Assembly: GCA_030704615.1 (NCBI GenBank)
Contig: CM060732.1
Coordinates: 69,130,001-69,194,000 of the forward strand
Source of the DNA: Takakia lepidozioides
Taxonomy: Eukaryota > Plantae > Bryophyta
Reading direction: 5' to 3'
Length of the DNA: 64,000 nucleotides
Shown: piece after piece, positions 51,401-63,885 of the stretch
Layout of the letters: every line of letters starts with the position of its first letter
Position numbering within the stretch: position 1 is the first letter of the stretch
Position numbers and translations under genes: made by a program
The notes under the pieces: model-generated
Told to the model about the DNA's origin: nothing
Database searches by the model: none
Seen by the model: the letters and a program-made list of their open reading frames with translations, nothing else

Positions 51401-53662
51401 TGGGATTTGCAAATTTCTACAGAAGCTAATCATCCAGACTGATGGTCAAACCGAACGCGTAAACCAGATTTTGGAGCAATATCTTCGTTGTACGATAAAT
51501 TATCACAAAGATAATTGGACGGACCTTCTGCCATTAGCTGAGTTTGCCTACAACAACACTATACATTCTTCGACCAAACAAACTCTATTTTTCTCTAACT
51601 ATGGTCATCATCCTCAAACAAACCCTTTCCACATGAAGACTGTTAGAAGCCCTGCGGCAGAAAACCTTGCTACTCATCTTGCTACGATTCACAAGGAGCT
51701 TACATTCCACCTCGTAGAAGCTTAAAAACAATATATGGAGTATGCAGATCAACACCGCCAACTCCAACCCCAGTACAGGGTCGGAGATCGTGTGTGGCGT
51801 CTTCGACGGGACATACAAACCTCGCGACTATCAAGGAAGTTGGATTATCAACGTTTGGGACCATTTAAAATTATTCGACAAATAAATCCGGTCAGTTTTC
51901 GGTTTAAACTCCCACAAAGTATGCGCATCCATCCAATCTTTCATGTTTCATTATTCGAGTTGTATCATCCATCGAATATTTCAGGGAGAGTTTGCGTACC
52001 ACCTCCACCATTCGAAGTAAATCAGGAAATCAAGTATGAAGTCGATGAAGTCACAGACTGAAATCATAGATGAAGTCATGGACATACATTGGAAAGACTA
52101 CGACATCAGCGAACGAACGTGGGAAGCTTCCTCCAATCTCACCAATGCATCTGACAAAGTCCAAGAGTTTCATCAACGATATCCAACTAAGCCCCAAGCT
52201 ACACGTCAATAAGACGTCACAACGATGATGTCAGCCAAGTTAGCTTCAAGGTGAAGACTTTACATTCGGTGTATCTGATACACGCTAAGGAGGGAGGAGC
52301 ACCACACATCAGTATATATAGTTACACTTCCAACACTCTTGCATCTTGTATTGGCAGCATGGAGTCACAAGAACCAGATACATTGGAGCTGTCGTTTACC
52401 CAACTACCAGATCAGCCGTTCCGACTCTCACGACTTTCAACGCTCTCGAGACGATGAGCCACCAATGCGATGCGTACTTCCACGTCTAGACCCCGTACGA
52501 CGACAAGTGAAGTTGGAGGTTGAGGCTTCGAACCCAGATGACAACAAAATCATATTTGAAGGCAGCTTCGAAAATCAGAATGTTCAAATCACTGCGTGGT
52601 CCCAAGTTCAAGGTGTTGGACACTATCGATGGTTGCAGGGACCTATAAATCATTTGAGTCAAGAACGAAGAGCCGAATATTTGGCAAGTATCATTCGTCG
52701 GATTTTGGATTTTCTTCAACTCTAAGCAAGTCCAAGATTTTACCGTTCCTCGAGGAACTCGGCGCTAGAGAAGGGGATGATGTCACGGACATAGCCCAGA
52801 AAAACTTATCAGGAGTAAATATCAGGAGTAAATACCAGAAGTACCCAAGTTACCATGTTACCAAAAGTTATCGTAATCTACCATGATCTATCATGAGTTA
52901 CCATTAGTTACCAAGTTATCGGGAGTTTACCAAATTACCAAAAATAATTTGGGAAACTACTCAAGAAGCTTCTTTTGGAGGAAACTTCTCCATCAAGAAA
53001 CCTCCGTTGGGGAAGTTTCTTAGGGAACTTCCTAATAGCCAGTATATATAGGAGGCGAGACTGGACACTCTTCAGTCTCGCCAACACAAGTTCAAGCTAC
53101 TCTTGTTTCCAGGTCCAATACTCCAGTTCAGCTTCAAGTACTCTAGCCCAGTTTCCAGTATGTGGCACTCTACTCCAGTTTCCAGCATTCTAGTATTCAA
53201 GTCGAGTCACAGTATCTTGTACTCTTGTCCATTGTTATAAAGATCATCTTGATTCATGTTTACCCGTCATGCATTTGGCCACACCGACCTTGACGTCTTG
53301 TCTAGTCTTGTACCTCTAGTCCAGTATTTTTCTTTCTGGCGAAAAATCGTCAAATTTCAACCTGGAAACTACGTCAACTATTTGTACAAAGGAATTATGG
53401 GGGGTAAAATCTAACTTTTTCGCCAAAAAACAGTAGCAGATAAATTTCAGGGGCCTAATTTTGCTGACGTGGACGAGTCAAAACGTGACACCTGGAATAT
53501 AGCCACTTTTCTAACTATGCTACGTCGATATTCTCGCCACATGGGCACTGGGTAGAATTCACAGGTGGCTCTGCCAGCGATTTTAGAAATATGGGAAAAA
53601 AAAAAAAAAACATTGCTCTAGTGATCTCTTGTTTGTGTTCAGTCATGTTCTCGTCCTCGACA
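48466..53662 (+). mobile_element. Defective Ty3/gypsy chromovirus LTR retrotransposon (Tcn1/Tf1-like)
   Basis: 5' LTR 48466-49016 and 3' LTR 52781-53662 (TG..CA); TSD tgagc; PPT agagaaggggatga. Coding remnants: gag PEKFDG..GSALSWF, zinc knuckle CLYCGEEDHIVFNCP, protease ALLDSEA, RT YLDD (~51210), integrase QTDGQTERVNQ..GPF, chromodomain YEVDEV..HWKDYDISERTWE. RNase H and the integrase N-terminus are deleted near 51370-51435; many stops. Confidence 0.95.
53322..53615. mobile_element. hAT MITE family B inserted in the 3' LTR
   Basis: Absent from the 5' LTR; TSD ctctagtc/ctctagtg; homologous to 27707-27978. Confidence 0.9.
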
Positions 53663-53799
53663 TGAGCCTGGTCGGTGCTGCATAGAGGTCTATAGTCAGG
53701 TGCAATCGAGGCAAAAAGATGATTGCCTGTTAGATTACAAAGAGTAGCAGACGCACCAACGAATGCCCTGAGATACATATTGACTTCTGTAAGTTAGGT

Positions 53800-56700
53800 C
53801 GTTGGGTAGATGGTCAACTGGAAACAGCAGCGGCAGCTACACAAATGATAAAACAAGGCACTGCTAATGAAGGCACATTCTTCAACACATTTCACCCTGT
53901 TTTCCCCTCTTGTCAGAATTGGCCCTAAATTTCCATGTTGAATTCTGCAAGTTAGCTGATTGAGTGAATCTGGTTTGGAGTGACTTTGACATGATACTGC
54001 CGATGTGATAATAGGAAAGTATCCAAAAACAGGTAACAGAGATGAGGAGAAGGTGTGGACTGAATACTTTGTTGACCCCAGTCAATGGTAGGACAACTGA
54101 GGCAAAAAGTTGAATCCCTGGTAGATGACAGAGAGTAGCAGACGCAATTCAACATAAGAACTAGTGTCATTGGGTGTTTCCTAGGTTGTCATTGTCAGCT
54201 GCTGGCAGCAAGGGCAAAGAATGCATGATTTGTGCAGAGGCATGCAGGATAGCTGAAGGAGAATGGATAAAGTGTGGGTCCAAATTCATTCAAGAGGGCC
54301 AGATGTCAAGCACTAAGATTATGTATGATTCCCTATGGATCAATAGCTACAAAAAACCTGCATGTGTAGATGCTCAACTAAAGGCAGCACTTGCAGCGGC
54401 ACAGTTGATAAAATCAGGCACCTCAACCATGACCACAACTTTTGGAAGAGGATCAAGAGAGGGAGTCCACAATGCCTCTTCTGGCACTTCTGGGCATGTG
54501 AAGATGTTTTGTGAGGCAGACAGACTGAAAGAGGCTCTACAAACTTTAAATCAATGAGGCATTTCAGTAGATTCAGATACGTATGTCTGCCTCTTGCATA
54601 AGTGCATCAAGATGAAAGGCCTTGAAGCTGGAAAGCAGGTGCACACTCACATTATGCAAAGTGGATTCATGCCAAATGTTTTTTTACTCAACACCCTTGT
54701 CAACATGTATGTTAAGTACGGGAGCATCATGGATGTTCACCAAGTGTTCAACAAAATGCCTCAACGATCTTTGATCACGTGGAATATAATGCTGGCAGGA
54801 TTTACCAAGCATGGGTGGTCAAATCCTCCATGGGTCGTGCCACAAGGTCAAGGCCAATCTGGTGAGGGCACCTTCTTCTTCGACCTATTTCAGCCTGTTT
54901 TTCCCTCTCATCAGACTCGGCCCTGAGATGCATACTGCATCGTCAAGGACAATGTGGTGAGGGCACCTTGATGTGGTGAGCAAATGATGCGCGAATGGGT
55001 GAAGCCCAACCACATCACGTTCATTTGTATTTGCAATGCGTGTGCAAGCTTGGGAGCCCTGGAAAAAGGGAAAGAGGTCCATGATGACATCGTCAAAGCT
55101 GGAATTGTACCAGATGTCATTGTGAACACTACCCTGGTGGACGTGTATGCCAAATGTGGGTGCATTAAGGATGCGAAGGGAGTTTTCAACACTATGGCTG
55201 AACGAGATGCGGTGTCATGGAACACAATGCTTGCAGGGTATCCACAGCAGGGACGTGGACAGGGAGGATTTGGAGACCTATGATCAAATGATGGGGGAAG
55301 GGGTGAAGCCCAACCACATCACGTTTCTGTGCATTTGCAATGCGTGTGCAAGCCTGGCAGCTCTGGAAAAGGGCAAAGATGTCCATGGCGACATCCTCAA
55401 ATCTGGAGTTGTACCAAATGTCATTCTGAACAATATTGTCGTGGACATGTATGAAGGGAGTGTTCCACAGTATGGCTGAACGAGATGTGGTGTTCTGAAG
55501 TGCAATGATTGCAGGATATGCACAGCAAGGGCACGGGATGGAGGCTTTGGAGACCTATGAGCAAATGATGTGCGGAGGGGGTGAAGCCCAACCACATCAC
55601 GTTTGTTTGCATCTGCAATGCGTGCGCAAGCCTGGCAGCCCTGGAAAAGTGCAAAGTGGTCCATGGTGACATTATCAAATCTGAAATTGTACCCGATGTC
55701 ATTATGAACACTGCCCTGGTGGACATGTATGTCAAATGTGGGTGCAACGAGGATGCAAATGGAGTATTTGACAGTATGGCTGAACATGATGTGGTGTCGT
55801 CGAGTGTGATGATTGCAAGGTATGCACAGCAAGGGTGCGGGATGGAGGCTTTGGAGACCTATGAGCAAATGATGTGCGAAAGGGTGAAAACCAACCACAT
55901 CACATTTGTTTGTGTTTGCAATGCGTGTGCAAGCCTGGGAGCTCTAGAAAAGGGGGGTCCATGCTGACATCGTCAAAGCTAGAATTGTACTAGATGTCAT
56001 TTTGAACACTTCCCTGGTAGACATGTATGCCAAATGTGGGTGCATTAAGGATGCGAAGGGAGTTAATTTCAACACTATGGCTAACGAGATGTGGTGTCGT
56101 GGAACGCGATGCTTGTAGGGGTATGCACAGCAGGGGCGTGGGATGGAGGCTTTGGAGACCTATGAGCAAATGATGGGGGAAGGGGTGAAGCCCAACCACA
56201 TCACCTTTGTGGGAGTTTGCAGTGTGTGTGCAAGTCTGGCAGCCCTGGAAAAGGGCAAAGAGGTGCATGGTTGCATCGCCAAAGCTGGAATTGTACCAGA
56301 TGTGATTCTGAACAATACCCTCGTGGACATGTATGCCAAATGTGGGAGCATTGAGGATGCGGAGGGAGAGTTCAATAGGATGGTTGAACGAGATTTGGTG
56401 TCATGGAACTCCATGCTTTGCAGCAGAGCAGGGGCGCGGGATGGAGGCCTTGGAGACCTATGAACAAATGATGGGGGAACGGGTGAAGTGCAACCACATC
56501 ACATTTCTGTGCGTTTGCAATGCTTGTGCAAGCCTGGCAGCCCTGGAAAAGGGCAAAGGGTGCATGGTGACATCATCAAAGCTGGAATTATACCAAATGT
56601 CATTATGGACACTACCCTGGTGAATATGTATGGGAAATGTGGGTGCATTGAGGATGCAAAGGGAGGGAGTATTTGACAATGTGGCTAAATGAAATGTGGT

Positions 56701-57472
56701 GTCGTGGAATCCGATGATTGCAGGATATGCCCAGCATGGTTGTCATAGGGAGGTCCTGCAACTATTTGAAGGAATGCAAAAGAACGGCTTGAAGCCGGAC
56801 AATATCACCTTTATATGTCTTCTATCTACATGCAGCCACACTGGCCTACTGAATGAAGGAAGACGCTACTTTGATTCCTTGAGTCAAGATCATGGTGTCA
56901 CCCCGCCAGTAAAGCACTTTGGCTGCATGGTGGACCTTCTGGATGTGCGGGACAACTGCATGAGGCAGTGGACCTGATTAATAAAATGCCAATCAATCCA
57001 GATGTTGTGGTGTGGAAAGCCTTGCTTGGTGCCTGCAGAATCCATAGCTATGTGGAGATGGATGAATGTATGGCAACATCTATCCTCAAGTGGGATGAAC
57101 AGGAAGCCACGACTTATGTGGTGCTATATCAAACATCTATGCTGCAGCTGGTAGGTGGGATGATATTGCAAAGGTGAGAAGAATGATGAAGGCTAGCGGG
57201 TTAGAAAGGAGCCAGATGACAAGTTGTATCCCAGAATTAAAGAAATCCATGCTGAGCTGAGAAGATTGTCTAGGCAGATGAAGGAGGCGGGATATGTGCC
57301 TGACACACACATTTTATTGCATGATGTGGAGGAAAGGAATTTTCTGTGTGGAGACTGCCACACCTCTACCAAATTCAGCTCAAAGATTGTTGGCCGAGCA
57401 ATTATTGTATGGACGCTAACTACTTTCTACCACTTTGAAGATGGGATTTGTTCTTGTGGTGATTACTGGTGA
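53800..57472 (+). pseudogene. PDF-motif + PLS-PPR + E + internally deleted DYW pseudogene
   Basis: LWINSYKKPACVDAQL, then a linker, about 6-7 near-identical PLS triplets, an E domain, and EAGYVPDT..CGDCH..HFEDGICSCGDYW. The HxE segment is missing; many frameshifts. Confidence 0.88.
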
Positions 57473-58523
57473 AAGGATGTTTCTTGGAAAGATGCTAGTG
57501 CCTTGCTTCATTCATTGATCTGTGTAGCTACTCAGACCATCCACCATTTCCTGATAGTGGGGTCTACCCGGCATAGGTGGGAAGTCAGCCCGCAATTGCA
57601 CTTGACTGAAGGGGTGATATTTTACTGTTTCTAGTGACAGTGGATGGGAATCAGCGTGCAGTCCTAGTCTGGGTTTGGGTGGTGGAGCTTCTCCAAAGCT
57701 TGAAGATGGAAGTGAATACGAATTTTAATGAGCTTGATGAGAGGGGCAACATGTTTGTTTGTTTCTCAAGGTGTGCCTTTGGATGGAGCCCTTGACGAAC
57801 TTGCATGAATATGTCAAAAGCTGTATGTTGTTATTGATTGATGCGGCTTGTGAAAATTGAACATTGAAATGCAGATATGCCATTTTTCTTTAAAAAAAAA
57901 CAAAACACGGGATCTCTGTATGTAACACCATGGGGATGACCCACCCTTTTTTTCTAAAAAATTGAACGTAGTTCTCATAATTTGTCGCTAGTAGTGTGGA
58001 GCAACGCGAAGCCCTAGTTCTAGCGACGACTGAAGGTTGGAAGCTAGTTTAGCGTAGAGCAGGAATAGGGTGCTATAGTGCCATGTTTCGTCATAGCCAC
58101 GTCATCGTCGCTATTTTTTGTCGATCCTGCCCGGCCTGCCCGCCAGAAAAACCTCAAAGCGACAAGTTTTCGGGATACTGTCTGGCCTGCCCGGAAAATC
58201 CAAAACTGAGTTCTTGAGCTGTTCGAAGCTCAAGCTGCGGTGTTTCATGGAGTAGCACCTCCACCATCACTACTACTGCTAAGCATAGAAATCTCGTGGC
58301 GGAATTTTTCCAGGGATCCATCACAGTGGGGGGACAAATAGGCTTGATAAGGTTAGGCTATCTAATTCATTCGGGAGTTTCAAGCCGGGTTTGTGATTGA
58401 AGTTGGCATGATAACATTATGTGGAGCTCCGGTAGCTTAGCTCGATGAGAAATTCGTTCTTAGTGTCACAATCAGTAGGTTGTTCCCAGGTCGTGGAGGA
58501 TTATCGTAAGTAAGAGGTGTGTC

Positions 58524-60450
58524 ATGCAGGATTGCAGGGCTGAATCAGGCACAGTTGGTTATTGGATATCAGACTGGCCCACCATCACCACTGTTTTCAA
58601 AAAATGGCCAAGAGAGGGACTCATCAAGAATGCTGGCAGTCGTGGGGCTGTGAGGACACCAAGTAAGGCAGGGCAACTGAATGAGGCACTGCATATTTGG
58701 TACCAACAGGGCATTAGGGCAGACTCCCAGACTTATCTCAGTGTTTTGCAGGACTGTATCAAGATCAAAGATTTAGCAGAGGGAAAGCAGGTGCATGCCC
58801 ACATTATCATAAGTGGATTCAAGCCAAACATCTTTCTACTCAACATCCTTGTGTTCGCAATGCGTGTGCGCAATTGGCAGCCCTGGAAAAGGGCAAAGAG
58901 GTCCATGGAGACATTGTCAAAGCTGAAATCGCACCAGATGTCATTCTGCACACTGCCCTGATGAACATGTATGCCACATGTGGGAGCATCGAGGCTGCAA
59001 AGGGAGTGTTCAACAAAATGGCACATTGTTAAAGTCTTGGGAGCAATTCAGCATAGGAACTAGTGTGTGATAGGTAGGGTCCAGATTCATTCGAGAGGGC
59101 CGGATTTCAAGCACAAAATTACCCATGAATTCCTATGGATCAATAGCTACAAGAAACCTGCATGGGTAGATGGTCGACTAGAAGCAGCAGCAGTGGCGGC
59201 ACAGTTGATAAAATCAGGCACCTCGGCCATGAGCACAGCTTCTGAAACAGGACCAAGAGAGGGACTCCACAATTTCTCTTCTGGCACTTCGGGTCATGTT
59301 AGTTTGCTATGTGAGGCAGGGCGACTGAAAGAGGCTCTACAGACTTTAAACCAAGGAGGCATGTCAGCAGATTCAGATACTTATGTCTGTCTCTTGCATA
59401 AGTGTGAGGATGCTATGTGAGGCAGGGCGACTGAAAGAGGCTCTACAGACTTTAAACCAAAGAGGCATTTCACCAGATTCGAATACTTACGTCTGTCTCT
59501 TGCAGAAGTGCATCAACTTGAAAGGCCTGGAATATGGGAAGCAGGTGCACGTTCACATTATCCAACGGGGATTGAAGCCCAACGTTTTTCTACACAACAC
59601 CCTTGTCAACATGTATGTGAAGTGCGGGAGCAAATGGATTCACACCAAGTGTTCAAGAGAAGGCCTGAATGAGCTGGTTTGATCACGTGGAATATAATGA
59701 TGGCAGGATTCACCAAGCATGGGTGTGGTAGGAATGCTTTGGAGACATATGAGCAAATGATGCGGGAAGGGATGAAGCCTGACCGGGTCACATTCGTTTG
59801 TGTTTGCAATGCGTGTGCGCAATTGGCAGCCCTGGAAAAGGGCAAAGAGGTCCATGGAGACATTGTCAAAGCTGGAATCGCACCAGATGTCATCCTGAAC
59901 ACTGCCCTGATGAACACGAATGCCAAATGTGGGAGCATCGAGGCTGCAAAGGGAGTGTTCGACAAAATGTCAGAACGTGAGGTGGTGTCCTGGAGTGCAA
60001 TGATTGCAGGATATGCACAGCATGCCTGTGGGGTCGAGGCTTTGGAAACCTATGAGCAAATGATATGGGAAGGTGTGAAGCCAGACCGGGTTACTTTTGT
60101 ATGTGTTTGCAATGCATGTGCGCGACTGGCAGCCCTGGACATCAAAGCTGGAATTGTGCCAGATGTCATCCTGAAGAATTCCCTGGTGGACATGTATGCC
60201 AAATGCGGGAGCAGAGGGAGGCTTCTGAAAGAGGATCAAGAGAGGGAGTCCACAATGCCTCTTGTGGCACTTCTGTGCATGTGAAGATGCTTTGTGCGGC
60301 AGGCAGACTGACAGAGGCTCTACATACTTTAAACCAAGGAGGCATTTCAGCAGATTCAGATACGTATGTCTGTCTCTTGCTTAAGTGCATCATTAAAAAG
60401 GTTCGAGGTATTTTGTGCATCCTTCATGTCATCATTTCTTCAACCACATG
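58524..60450 (+). pseudogene. Rearranged PDF-PPR fragments
   Basis: ORF 59067-59420 reads GPDFKHKITHEFLWINSYKKPAWVDGRL in frame with LCEAGRLKEAL..SDTYVCLL. PLS triplets at 59679-60210; ~106-bp duplication at 59305/59411. Confidence 0.85.
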
Positions 60451-60899
60451 ACTTTTACCCTGCCACTTTTAATTCCTTGAGCTGGTAGAGCTTGTTTAGT
60501 ACAGCATTGCGATGGAAAAATTGTCTTACAAGCTGGCCATCATCATGTGCGATCAAATGTGCTGCTCTTGCAGACATAGAGACCTAAGTGTGGGATCTCT
60601 GAGACTCATCTTTGCTGATATTGGCATTACTATTCCTCTCGTGTTACCTGATTCTGGTGTTGTATATGGCTGCTCAGGCTACTTTACTGTAGGGCAGTAA
60701 GAGTGGAGGGGTTGACTTCTTGTGGTTGTATGTTTTGTGGTGCAGACTTCATTGAAGAAAAGAATGAAAAGTCTGGAGGTTGAATGACTGGGGTTTACGG
60801 CGTCTTTGTTATAAAATCAAGAAGGCAAACAAAGCCAACTATGTGCTAATGAACATAGAAATCAGCTCACAGGCCTTCCAACTTCCAAAATCTCAAGGC

Positions 60900-61575
60900 T
60901 GAGCGAGATGTGGTGTGGTGGAACACGATGCTTGCAGGATATGCACAGCAGGGGGGCGGGATGGAGGCCTTGGAGACCTATGAGCAAATGGTGGGGGAAG
61001 GGGTGAAGCCCGACCACATCACGTTTGTGTGCGTTTGCAGTGCGTGTGCAAGCCTGGCAGCCCTGGAGAAGGGCAAAGAGGTGCATGGTGACATCGCCAG
61101 AGCTGCAATTGTACAGATGTGATTCAACAATACCCTCGTGGACATGTATGCCAAATGTGGGTGCATGGAGGATGCGGAGGGAGTATTTGACAATGTGGCT
61201 GAACGAAATGTGGTGTCGTGGAATGCAATGACATGCAGGATATGCCCAGCATAGTTGTCATACGGAGGTCCTGCAACTATTTGAAGGAATGCAAAAGAAC
61301 GGCTTGAAGCCGGACAGTATCACCTTTATATGTTGTGTGTGGTGACTGCCACACCTCCACCAAATTCATCTCAAAGATTGTTGGCCGAGCAATTGTTGTC
61401 TGGGACACTAACCAATTCTAGGCTGTCATTGTCAGCTGCTAGCAGCAAGGCAAGGATGTATACATGATTTGTGCAGAGGCATGGATAGCTGAAGGAGCAG
61501 GGATAGAGTGTGGGTCCAGATTCATCCAAGAGGGCCGGATTTCAAGCTCCAGAGTACCTATGATTCCTTGTGGAA
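60900..61575 (+). pseudogene. PLS-PPR, DYW and PDF fragments
   Basis: WNTMLAGYAQQG.., then [22 protein letters not shown], then IHPRGPDFK. Confidence 0.8.
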
Positions 61576-62516
61576 GGATTTCTGTTGTTGAATGCCACCG
61601 CAGCATATTTACTGACGTTAGCCTCTAGCTCCCAAATGGGTCATGGCAGCAGGGTCAGAAAATGAATATTGCCGACCACACAGCCGGCATTGACAATGTC
61701 CTTTTCTTGTCTGCATCTGTTTATTGTTCTAATGTGTCCCTCAATTTAGATTTCAGTCTAGTGCTGACTGTAGCTAGGCCCTTCAAATCATTCTTAAGGT
61801 GCTCACCCATGTTGCAGACTGAATAGATGTTTCTTGCTGTAGCGGCTTGGCTGTCAGCCCCTTGGATATAATAGAAATGAAGGCCAAATGTTAGCGTAGG
61901 AAGAGATAGAATGTGTTAATTACACAAAGGGACAAAAACATTTGCAGAAGTAAGAATCCATCCCGCATATAGGTGATGTTTTTTGTGCCCAGGTTCCGTG
62001 CATTGCAGTAGTGGAGAATATGTACTTCTTTGAAGCTACTACCTTTTGGCCAGGGCTTGGGTTCCAAATGTATTTGCATCACTGTATCACTCAATGTGGG
62101 CTATGCACTGCACCTTCATGTAAAACATGCCATCTTGCAGCCTTAATGTTTTCGCCATCCTCCAATGGCTTTAGTGTGGCATTAATGTACCTTTTAATAA
62201 AACTTGAACATTCACAATCCAAAATTGCATCATGTATCATAACACAATGGAATCCATATTTTCACAAGACTTGAGTACCGTAGAGGCCGTTCTATTTCGA
62301 CGGACCCTGCCGGAATCATTAAATACATGCAGGTCGCCAGGTTCGGCAGGCTTAATGACAATATTAATTATTTCGTTCGGGCTTCATCCAATTTTTCAGG
62401 AATTCGGCGCCCTTGGGTACTTTTCATTAAATTAGGTGGGTCATGTCAAGATTCACGTACAATTGAGATTCTGTGTGGCAAGTCATAATTATGGTTAGCC
62501 ATAACTCTCTGGCAAG

Positions 62517-62789
62517 CAGCGTTTTTTTTTGGTGAATTTTCGCCGAATGGCGACCTCAAAAAATAGAAAAGAATATTCTGTAGCAAATTCCATGTTTTTT
62601 CGTGGATGAAATCGCCAAATTTCTCCAAAAATAATAAAAATTATGGATGAATTCGCCAAATATGGATAATATGAATGGATGAAAGTATGGATGTGGATGA
62701 TCTGTCCTAATTTGAATGGATGAACATAATTTATGCCTAAACTCTGGAGCCACTCGTGCTATTTTCTGAATTATAAAAAAAAAACTCTG
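62517..62789. mobile_element. hAT MITE family A
   Basis: Perfect 8-bp TSD ctggcaag; cagcgttttttt ... aaaaaactctg. Confidence 0.9.
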
Positions 62790-63199
62790 CTGGCAAGCCA
62801 TAGTCATGGTTAGTGGTAAACATTTTTAATAAATCTCAAACTTTGTTTTTTTTTATTTTATGTTTTCTTTTTCAAACTTGACGTTTAGGAGTTACCATAT
62901 TGCTACCTTTTGTTTACAAAATTCATCTTTTTAAATGCAGATTATTCCCATATTTCGTCTACTCCAAGGGCAGAATTTTAAAATATTCGTTCTCTTTTAA
63001 AGTGAATTAATTAAAGACGAAATAGAGCGACCTCTACGGTAGACCCCATCAACAAATTAACAATTCATCCCATGCCGTGGGGATTACCCACCCCCTTTTT
63101 TAACCAATGGAACGTAGTTCTCAGAATTCGTCGCTAGTAGTGCGGAGCAACGCGAAGCCCTGGTAACATTAAAAACAATTGTTAGTCCTATTATCTAAC

Positions 63200-63390
63200 T
63201 AACAGTCAGTAGCTCAGTTGGTATAGTGCACTGAGTGCCACCGATCCTGGGTTCAAATCTTGCTGCTTGACGGGTGTGGTATGCTCTTCTCCCCTTCTCG
63301 CAAAAGCCTTCACGGCGAGGTTATTGTGAAAGAGGTTAATTTCTCCTCTCACTATCAAGGGGCCTGTCGCTACCGGTTTCCTTCACTAAA
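63200..63390 (+). mobile_element. tRNA-derived SINE
   Basis: A box tagctcagttgg and B box ggttcaaatc; homologous to the copy at 29853. Confidence 0.8.
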
Positions 63391-63885
63391 ATGTATGTAT
63401 ATACCGTACCTGCCTATGCTGTCCGATGATAATTAAATCCTGCCGAAAAATTTAAAATTAAAGCCCACACAATGCCGAATGTCAGGATTTCAACCCCAAG
63501 CCCTATTACCACTACACTAGCCATATACATGAGTTATATTAGCGCTTTTTTATTACTTATCATGATTACTTAATGTCAAAAAGCCCGCCGGACCGCTTCT
63601 TCGAGAAATATAAATTAGTCCGGCAGGGTCCTGACGAATAGCGTCGTCATACGGTATATATGTAGGGAAAAAAATAGGAGCAAAAAAATAATGAATATCC
63701 TAGTATTGGAAAAAATATATATCCTGGAAATTTTGACACTGACCGGACCAAGTACTTTAAAAGGGGTCCGGTGTTGGAACAGAATGAGATCAGGCTTTGG
63801 GTTTAGGGTTTTGCGGGCTGTGGTGTGGCGTGGGAGGGAAGTTTTGAGAGAGACGAGCGAGGGAGGGAGAGAGAGAGAGAGAGAG

